Below are positions 39,221 to 48,100 of a stretch of 64,000 nt of DNA, piece after piece. Source of the stretch: an uncultured Gemmatimonadaceae bacterium (lineage in GTDB: Bacteria; Gemmatimonadota; Gemmatimonadetes; Gemmatimonadales; Gemmatimonadaceae); assembly GCA_963822945.1 (NCBI GenBank), contig CAWGJO010000021.1:327614-391613 (forward strand), written 5' to 3'. Positions within the stretch are counted from its first letter, which is position 1. Each line of letters starts with the position of its first letter. A program made the translations under genes and the position numbers. The notes beneath the pieces were generated by a model, which made no database searches, was not told the DNA's origin, and saw only the letters and a list, made by a program, of their open reading frames with translations.

Positions 39221-40593
39221 GGCAGGAGCTTTCCGAGCCAGGCAGGCGGGAGGCGCACCGCAAGCTCGTGTTGCAGATCCTCGATCACTGCGAGCCGGTT
39301 GATTTCGTTCGTGCCTTCGAAAATCTGGGTCAATCGCGCGTCACGATAGGCCTTCTCCACGAGCGCATCGTGACGGACCGCGTGGTTTCCGAGCAGATCC
39401 ATGGCGCGCGTGCAGACTCGAAGGGCCGTATCCGTGGCGTGCTGCTTCGCCGCGGAGGCTTCGTGCTGCACCACCTGCTTTCGCTGGGCGGCTGCCCAGA
39501 CCATGGCGCGGGCTGCCCGGGTTTCCGCAGCCATGCCTGCCAACTCGAGCTGCACGTCTTGGTAGTCGATCAGCCGCCGGCGCCCCAGCCGATAGCTGCA
39601 GCAAAAGTCCACGGCCTGCTCCAGGGCTCCACGCGCGAAGCCCACGCCCATGGCGGCCACGGGCAAGCGCGACATGTTGAGCACCGCGCGGTTCAGCGCC
39701 CAGCCCCGGCGCTCTCCGACGAGCACGTGGTCAGCCGGCACGAACACGTCTTCCAACAAGAGCTCCGCGGCCCCCGAAGCGCGCATCCCCATCTTCAGCT
39801 CCGTACGCACGACGGATAGCCCCGGAGCGGAGTGGGGCACGACGAACGCGGTCCACGACTCCATGCCCTCGCCTTGGAGAGCGGCGAACACCACCGTCGT
39901 TTTCGCGATGTCACCGCCGGAGATGTACAGCTTGCGCCCGCTGAGGCGATAGCCGCCGGCCGCGGGGCGCGCCACCACACCGGGAACGTAGGACTCTGCG
40001 CCGTGACCGTCCTCCACGTCGGAGCCTCCGGCGGGCTCGGTGATGGCGTAGGCGAAAACGTGGGGGGCTCCGGCTCTACACTGCCGGTAGGCGGGCAACA
40101 CGAAACGGCGGATGGCGCGGATGCCGCCGAGGAGTATGGGCGCGACGCCGAGACCGGTGGCGCAGAGCAGCAGCATCAGACCGCCGTCGACGGCGGCCAA
40201 CTCCTCGGTCTTCAGCGCTTGGGGCAGCGCCAGCGGATGCGCCAGCAGCGCCGGATCCTGGGAGCCGAAGGGCCGCGGGAGCAGGTCGCTCAAGAGCCCG
40301 GCGCGCGACGCGAGGTAGAGCACCTCACGAGCCGGAGGCGACAGCTCGCCCGTGGGCGGGTGCGGGGCAGCGTCGGCGGCCAGGGCTCTGGGGGCCAGCT
40401 CGGCCCGGGCGAAGTCGCGGATGCGCCGGCGATAGTTGGCCAGGGGACGAGCCAGTGTGGCGGTATCCGCCTGCCACAGGGTGCGGGCCGGATAGCGCAC
40501 CAACGCCTGAGCCAAGCGGCCCAAGTCAGCGAAGGCCCGGTCCGGCGAGAGCGGATGGTCGACCGGAAGCTGTCCTTCGATCCGGTCAGCCAT
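39217..40593 (-). CDS. Acyl-CoA dehydrogenase
   Basis: YAITEPAGGSD, LSGRKLYISGG, KMGMRAS, EKAYRDARLTQIFEGTNEI; start MADRIEG. Confidence 0.92.
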   Translation of the reverse strand: MADRIEGQLPVDHPLSPDRAFADLGRLAQALVRYPARTLWQADTATLARPLANYRRRIRDFARAELAPRALAADAAPHPPTGELSPPAREVLYLASRAGLLSDLLPRPFGSQDPALLAHPLALPQALKTEELAAVDGGLMLLLCATGLGVAPILLGGIRAIRRFVLPAYRQCRAGAPHVFAYAITEPAGGSDVEDGHGAESYVPGVVARPAAGGYRLSGRKLYISGGDIAKTTVVFAALQGEGMESWTAFVVPHSAPGLSVVRTELKMGMRASGAAELLLEDVFVPADHVLVGERRGWALNRAVLNMSRLPVAAMGVGFARGALEQAVDFCCSYRLGRRRLIDYQDVQLELAGMAAETRAARAMVWAAAQRKQVVQHEASAAKQHATDTALRVCTRAMDLLGNHAVRHDALVEKAYRDARLTQIFEGTNEINRLAVIEDLQHELAVRLPPAWLGKLLP

Positions 40594-41665
40594 GGATCCG
40601 CTCCCAGCGGGCAGCGACGGCCGACAGCTCGGCCGGACTCGCGAGGTAGCGACGCAGGTGGTTTTGGTCCCGGACGATCTTCTCGAGCCCGGTGTCGCGC
40701 ATGTAGCCGAGGCCGCCGAACACCTGCAGCGCCGCATTGGCCGCATCTGCCAGGCGGGGATGCGCAGCGGCGGCCAACGACAGGGCCGAGATCGCGCTGG
40801 CTTCCGTCGTCGGCAGGGCGGCGTGCAGCACGACCTCGGCGGCAACGCCGGACAGCACGACGCTGGCCACCGACAGCAGCGCCGAGACGGCTGGGTGCTC
40901 GGCGATGGGCGCTCCGCCCTGCTGCCGTTGCTCGGCGAACTGCCGAGCCATCCGCGTGCCGCGACGGACGGCGGCGGCGCCCACGACCACTGAGGCCAAC
41001 GCCTCGGCGCGCAGCGCGAGCAAGAAGGCGGCCCGCGCGCGGGCGCCTTCCACGCGTGCCTTGACGGTTCCCCGCGCGGACACCTGGAAGGTGGCCAGCT
41101 CGTCGAGCCCGTGGGCACGGGGCAAGGCCACGACCTCCGGAGCGACGACCCAGAGCTCCAGGTCTCGCTGCCAAATCGGCATCAGCAACGCCTCGGGGGC
41201 GGCCGCTGCCGTGACGACGCGTGAACGCTCGGCGGCGTACACGTCGGCGAGAAGCGCTTGCGACTCTGCGCTCGGGTCGCCAGCCAGCCAATCCGCCAGG
41301 GCAGCGCGCCCGACGCCGTAGTGACCGTGAGCTGCGACCAGATCGACGCCTTCAACCGCGGCCAACGGTGCGACGCGCGCAGCCAGAGCGCGCTGGTGGA
41401 TCGCGAGTGCGACTCCGGCGCTGTGCTCCGCGACGGTCGAAAGCAACGCAACGGATGCCACGACGCCGCCCGACTCCGCCCACAGCCCGCCGCCGGCGCT
41501 CGCCAGCCCGAGGCCGTCGGCCTCCGCCAGCAACTGCGACAGCGCGACGGCGTCAATGGGGCGCTCGTGCCGCTCGGTCTGCGGCGCGACGCGGCGCGAC
41601 GCGAATCGCCGGACCTCGGCGAGCGCGACGCTCAGCTCCCCGTCGACGCGGTCCGTGATCCACAT
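40586..41665 (-). CDS. Acyl-CoA dehydrogenase-like protein (degenerate partner subunit)
   Basis: C-terminal RQQGG.PI.EH, ALQVFGGLGYMRD.GLEK..RD; lacks TEP..GSD and IFEGT motifs. Confidence 0.8.
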   Translation of the reverse strand: MWITDRVDGELSVALAEVRRFASRRVAPQTERHERPIDAVALSQLLAEADGLGLASAGGGLWAESGGVVASVALLSTVAEHSAGVALAIHQRALAARVAPLAAVEGVDLVAAHGHYGVGRAALADWLAGDPSAESQALLADVYAAERSRVVTAAAAPEALLMPIWQRDLELWVVAPEVVALPRAHGLDELATFQVSARGTVKARVEGARARAAFLLALRAEALASVVVGAAAVRRGTRMARQFAEQRQQGGAPIAEHPAVSALLSVASVVLSGVAAEVVLHAALPTTEASAISALSLAAAAHPRLADAANAALQVFGGLGYMRDTGLEKIVRDQNHLRRYLASPAELSAVAARWERIHG

Positions 41666-41808
41666 GCAGCGCCAGTCTGCCGTGCTTGGCCGGCGACGGG
41701 CAGACCCGGGGCTGATACTTCGCAGGTGCGGGCGGATCCCGCGGTAAAAGCGCCTCGCTAGCGGCACCATGGCGGCGCTATCCTGGAGACCGAGAGCGAG
41801 GTGAGCCC

Positions 41809-42024
41809 ATGACCGACAAGCACCTGAGGCTCGAGCAGCTGCGCTGCCGGCGCACGGGGCAGATGTACTCGGTGGCCGAGCACGCCGAGTGCCCGTATTG
41901 CGCCGAGGCGGCGGACGTAATTCGCAAGACCGGACGTCACGAGGACTTCTGCGATTACAAGCCGGGAGAAGATTCCGTGAGCTTCGGTTTTCCCACGAAT
42001 ACGTCGCGCAACCAGTCGCGCTGA
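41809..42024 (+). CDS. Small Cys/His-containing protein (71 aa)
   Basis: GAGGTG RBS; C..TG...H..CPYC...H..FC; strong GC3 bias. Confidence 0.75.
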   Translation: MTDKHLRLEQLRCRRTGQMYSVAEHAECPYCAEAADVIRKTGRHEDFCDYKPGEDSVSFGFPTNTSRNQSR

Positions 42025-42101
42025 CTCCATGACGCCGGTCACCCGCGCGCGGGTGGCCCGGGGGCTAGGCTCCAGGCGGACCTACCGGGAGGGTCTCCGC
42101 C

Positions 42102-45100
42102 ATGAGCCATCACGCTCGACACAGCCAGGTCGAGGGCGCCGCGCTGCAGGAGGGTTGGGTCATCGCCAACCACATCCTGGTTTCGTTTCACGTCGCCTTC
42201 ATCTCGTCCGTGCTGGCATTGCCGGCCACCTCCATCCTCAAATGGGAGGTACTGAAGTTCGTGTTCGTGAGCCCGGAGACATTGGTTTCCGCCGTGTTCA
42301 TGGGCGTCAGCTTCCATCTGGGGATCGCCCTGCACGAGATGGGGCACTTTCTGACGGCCGCACGCCTCAACGCGCTCAACGACTCCGTGCTGCCCGAGGT
42401 GAAGCAGCGACTCGAGGCTCCGTGGCCGTCACGCTGGCTGTTCTACTTGACGATGATCGCGCGTATCCCGTACGGCGCGGCGCCAGGGGTGAAACGAGAG
42501 GGACTGAACTACTACCCCGACGCCCCCTACAACCTAGCGGTGGCTGCCGCCGGGCCCCGGGCCAGCCGGAACGTGGCCCTGGCCACGCTGCCCATTGCCA
42601 TCGCGCTGTTGGTGCTGGGGCTCTCCTCCGACATCGTGTGGGCCATTTACGCCGGTCGCCTGCTGCTGGGCATTGGTGTGGTCTGCTTCCTGGACTTCCG
42701 CCTGGCCGATCCGGGCAAGTACCGCGCGTTCCGAGAGCGTGAGCTGGCGGCGGCGGACAAGGCCAAAGCCGTAGGAGAGGTCTCCGGTTGGCTGGCCCTC
42801 GCCGCGAAAGCCAAGGCCGCCATGCTGGAAGGACGCATGCAGCGGGCAACCCATCCCGTGCTCGGCAGCGTCACCGCCCCCTGGCAGTTCCGCAACTCCG
42901 GCATGGGCGGACGTCACACAGAAAAGGAATACCCAGAGTCGAACGTCAGCATGCAGGAAGCCATGTTCCTGATCCTGCGTGCCGACGGCTACCGCGAGGC
43001 GCAAGAGCTGACCGTCCGGCTGCAGAACCGACTCAAAGAGATCATCGAAGGAGAAGAGGGTTGCCGCGTGATGGGCATCGGCCTCGAGGGTGGCTTGGCG
43101 CCGTACATCGACAAGGGCGACTTCCCGCTGCCGGAGATGCGGCTGTGGGCAATGATGAAGCGCGCGATCGCGGAGTGCGGTTGCCGTCCCGGGGAGGACG
43201 TCGCGATCGCCCTCGATCCCGCGGCCAGCGAGCTCGAGATCGCGTATCGCGAGGAGAACGCCGTCCCAGACGCCGTGGGCAGCTACCTGTTCTGGCGGGA
43301 CAAAGCCAAGACGGTGCTCGACCGGGACGCTCTGCTGGAAGTGTACGTCACCGCCATCGAAAAGTACGAGATCCCGCTGTTGTCCATCGAGGACGGCTTC
43401 TCGGAGAACGACCACGAAGGCTGGCGATTGCTGAAGGAGCGCCTCGGGGAGCGTCTGTTCATCATCGGTGACGACTTGGTCACCACCAACGACAAGACCA
43501 TCGAGATTGCGGCCGACGCCGGGCTCATCAACTGCGCCCTGATCAAAGCCAATCAGATCGGAACGCTGTACGAGACCTTGCTCGCCATGCTCGTGGCCCT
43601 GGGGAAGAACCTGGAGCTGGTGGTTTCCCACCGCTCCAAGAGCCCCAACGACGACATGGAGGCGCACATCGCGCTGGCGGCAAACGCCCTGGGACTGAAG
43701 GCAGGCGGCGGTTCCAATACCGAGCGCCTGGTGAAATACCAGGCCGTTTCCGAGCGCCTGTTGGCACTGGACGAGGGCGAGCAGCAGGGCGGCTTGGGCG
43801 AAGGCGAGCAGGCGTTGGTGCGGCATCTGCGCGCCTACGAAGAGCCGACCAATGCCGGCATTCCGACCGTGGGCGCCACCGCAGAGCTGACCCTATCCGG
43901 CTCCGGCGTGATGCTGGCTCTGCGCGGCGCCACGCCGCTCGGCACCTCCGCCGGCAGCGGCGAGGCCATCCACCTGGTCGACTCCACCATCGAGCGCGCG
44001 GAGTACCGCGAGGTGATCGAGCGCCATCCCGCTCTGTTCCGCGACGTAGAGCTGGGCGTCCACGCGTTCAAGAAGGACGTCGACGAAGCACGCATTCGCG
44101 CGGAAAACGACCCAGAGCTCCTCGCGCTATTCCAGCGGGCCCGGCGCTACGGCGGGAAGGGCTGCTTGAACGCCGTGGAGAGTGTCACGCACATCGTCGC
44201 CCCCTACTTCCAAGGCAAAGACGCGGCCTCGCTGACGCTTCTGGATCTAGATCGCGCGTTGCTCAAGCTGGAGCTCCAAACCGCGAAACGACGGGGCAAG
44301 CTGGCGGAAGACGCTGACGAAGCGGAGTGCGTCCGCGTGATGCAGCGCAAGCAGAACCTCGGCATGAACGCGATCTTGTCGGTGTCCCTGGCGCTCGGGC
44401 GCGGCATCGCGCGGGTGCACGGCAAAGAGCTGTTCGAGCTGCTTCGCGAAGAAATGATGGCGGTGATAGACCGCGTCGCCGCCAGCCACGACGTGGCCAT
44501 CAGCGGCGGGCGATTCGAGGACTACGTGCGGGCGCTTGCGGAGGTCGCGGGCAAAGCCGAGGTCCCGCTCCACCAGCTGCTGCGCGATGCTTCAGGGCTG
44601 TATGGCGAAGCGCCGAAGGCGGCGGTGCGCCGCGCGCCCAAGGCTCCCAATGTCGAGCAAGAGCCGGAGATCGTCGCCGAAATCGTACCGCCCCACGCTG
44701 CGGCGCAGGAGGTCCTGCGGGCCATCGCCGAGCGGCTCGGCAACGGCTACGAGCACGACGTCCATCATGGCCTCAGGCACGCGCGAGATCTCCTGGCGCG
44801 GGCAGAAGCCTTGGCGACGGAGCTGGACGTGGCAGAGCGCGTGGACTGGCGCGTACTCGCCGCCGCGGTGTCCCTGCACGACGTCGCGGCCGCCGAGACG
44901 ACCAGCCACGGCAAGGCCGGCGCCGAGCGCGCTCGAGAGCTGCTCGGCGAGCTGCCGGGCTTTTCGCACGACGCCGTCGAGCGGGTGGCGGACAGCATCG
45001 TGCTGCACGAAGACAAGAGCCTCACCGGGGTCGACCGGCGCAAGGGCGCCGGTCTCGAGGCGCAGCTGCTGTACGACGCGGACCAGCTCGATGCCTTCGG

Positions 45101-48100
45101 GGAAAAGGGCATCTATCGCTACGTTGCCGTGTACTCCCAACGAAACACTCCGTTGGAGCGCATCGCCGTGGACGCCAGGGCGCGCTACCAGACGCTGTCC
45201 TTCGACGTCACGCGGGCGCACGCCTCGCGCGACTTCGACTTCACCATGAGCTTCGTGGATCGCCTGGCGGAGCAAGCACCGGCGGACGACCGAATGGTCG
45301 GTGCCCACGGCGTGGCGCGCTTCATTCAGAATCACGCCACCGAGGATCCGGTGAACATTGCCGAGCTGGCTCTGGCGGAGCTATCGCGCGCGAAGGACGA
45401 CAGCGCGGACTACCGCTTCGCGGTGGAGTACTTCCGCGCCCTGTACGAGACCTACGCGGGGCGGCCCCCCGCGGCGGAAGAGAGACCTCTGCCCAGCGAC
45501 GAAGACGCCCTGCTCGAACAGCTGGACGCGGAGCTGTTCGCGGCCTTGGTCGGCAAAGACCCGCCGGACATCGCCGGCGCCATTCGCCCCTACCTGGTCG
45601 CCAAAGCTCGGCTCGGCCGCTGGGAGCGCCCCTTCGGCGTGGTGAACAATCGTCTGTTCCTGCAGGGCGACGTGCTGGTCGTTCCCTACGTGCTGGGTCC
45701 GGACATGGTCATCCACGTGCTGGAAGCCGGCACGGCCCGCGCGCCGGTCGTCCATCGCGCTCCGCCCGGCACGATCTTCACTGACGAATACGTTCTGGGG
45801 CTGGCCGGCGCCAGCGGGACGCCCATCGACCTGGAGACGCCGCTTTACGTCTTCGACCCAGACACCACCCCGCTCACTCCCATCACGCGCATTCGGCAGG
45901 CAGCGGATCTCTTGGAACGCGTGAACGAGACGACCAACCGCAATCAGGCGGTGTTCTGGCTCCGCTCGCTGGCGGCGCGCCTGTGCAGCTTGTCCGTCAA
46001 GGACATGCTGGGGGCGAAGAACCTGCAGCCCGAGATTCGCGACTTGTCCGTCCAGCTCACGCGGTTCTTGAACGGCCCGCTGCGCAAGCGGCTGCTGGTT
46101 CTGTCTCGCCTGATCGTCCGAAACCTGACCAGTCTACTGGGCAAGCCCAACGTGATCGATCGGCTGTGGAACGACACCATCGACTTGGCGGAGATCCACA
46201 TCCAAGGCAGCGCCATCGTCAACGAGCTTCGGCGGACCAGCCACCACGCGCTGGGAAAACGCACACTCCAGATCGCCGAAGCGTATCTCGCGTACTTGAA
46301 GAACGGTGAGACCGGCGCGCTGGAGGCGCTTGGCTTCGCGGCGCCGAGCAAGGCCGACGTCGACGCCCGCAAGCAGCCGGAGAACACCGTCATCCTCGAG
46401 CGGGTGATCGAGGACCTTCAGCGGCTCCTGGGGACGTCTCAGATCGTGACGCGCATCGAGGAGTGGAAGGAAACCTACGCGGAGGTGCTCCTGCGCTGCG
46501 AGTTCGGCAAGAGCATCGAGGACGAGCTCGCCACCATCGTGAGCGACGGCATCGGAGAGCGAAACCGCTGGGTGTACCTGCACCATTTGCGCATCCTCCG
46601 CGACAAGGTCGACAGCTTCCGCCAGCCGGCGGACATGGGGTCGGAGCTTCGAGCGCAGCTCGACGAGGCGGTCAAGGAGAAACCGGACGCCAAGAGCTTC
46701 GACCCCGGGCCCGTGACCCGCGCCTTGGAACAGAGCGTGCGCGGCTTCGTAGCGGAGCTGCGTCATGCCCATGAGGAGCCGCTGTTCGAGGCGCTAGGCA
46801 GCGTGATCGAGAGCTATCGATCCGGGCGGAACTACGAGGTGTTCGACAAAACGCGGGCGCTGCGCGGCCGCGTGGTCGCCATGATCGAAAACGCAGGCTT
46901 CGACGAGCAGCGGGACTACCTGTGCCGCCTCGAAGGGTTGCTCGAAGAGATGGGCTACCTGGCGCTTCGGCACGTGGCTTCGCGCTACCAAGAGAAGGGC
47001 GTAGACCTGGCCGAGTGCCTGCAGATCGTTCGCTCCTGCACCTTGAACCTTCGCTACGACGGGCTGTTCAGCCGAGAGCTGATCGACTTCGCCGAGATGC
47101 TGACGGACTCGACCCGCACGGACGACGAGCTCCTGAACGTGCTGGAGAACATCGAGCGCGTCTACCACCGCGTTCGCCAACGCGTCACCGTGCCGTACGA
47201 GAAGATGCAACAGCGCTTGGGCTTGGACGACCACGAGCTGCGCCTGATTCTGGCGAACATGCTGCGCTACATGCACGACTTGAACAGCATGGTTCACTTC
47301 GCAGACATTGCCGCGACGACCATCCGGGAACAGCAGGCCAAGGGCAAGGTGTTATTCGGCCGGGAGCACGAGCTCGCGTTGGCGGACGTGGACGACCCGG
47401 TGCTGCACATCTCCCACCGGAGTGAAATCGCCCGTTGGATCGAGCAGCGCGACAAGAGCCTCAGGGATCGCTACGGCGCCAAGGGCAGCGGCTTGCTCTA
47501 CATCAGCTATCTGAACCTGCCCACGCGCGACGGGTTCATCCTACCCACCACCTACGGACGCGCCGCGCTGCATCGCGCGGCTCCTGCTCGACTCCGGGGG
47601 GAGCTCGAAGATCACTTGCGCACGTTGGAACGCGACATCGCCCAACGCACGGGCGTGGAGAAGCGGTTCGGTGGCGGGGAAAACCCCCTGGTGTTGGCCG
47701 TGCGCGGCGGCTCGGTGTTCAGCATGCCCGGCATTCTCTACACCGTGGTGTTCGTGGGCATGAACGACGAGATCGCAGAGCGCCTGGCTCAGGACGGCCC
47801 CTGGCGCGCCTACGACTCCTACCGCCGTTTCCTCGCCTCCTACGCGACAGCGGTGTGGAACGTGGATCTGGAGCAGTACGACTTGGTCGACAAGGCAAAG
47901 CAGCGCCACGGTGTCCGCTACAAGCAGGAGCTTCCGTGGCAGGCCATGAAAGAGGTCGCCGAAGAGTCGAAGCAGGTGCTGCGGGAGCTGGGCCTGGGCA
48001 AAGAGCTGGATGCCATCTTGGCGGATCCGTTCAGCCAGCTCGTGGGCGCGGTCAATGCGGTGTTCGACTCCTGGGAGACGGACACCGCGGCGCGTTTCCG

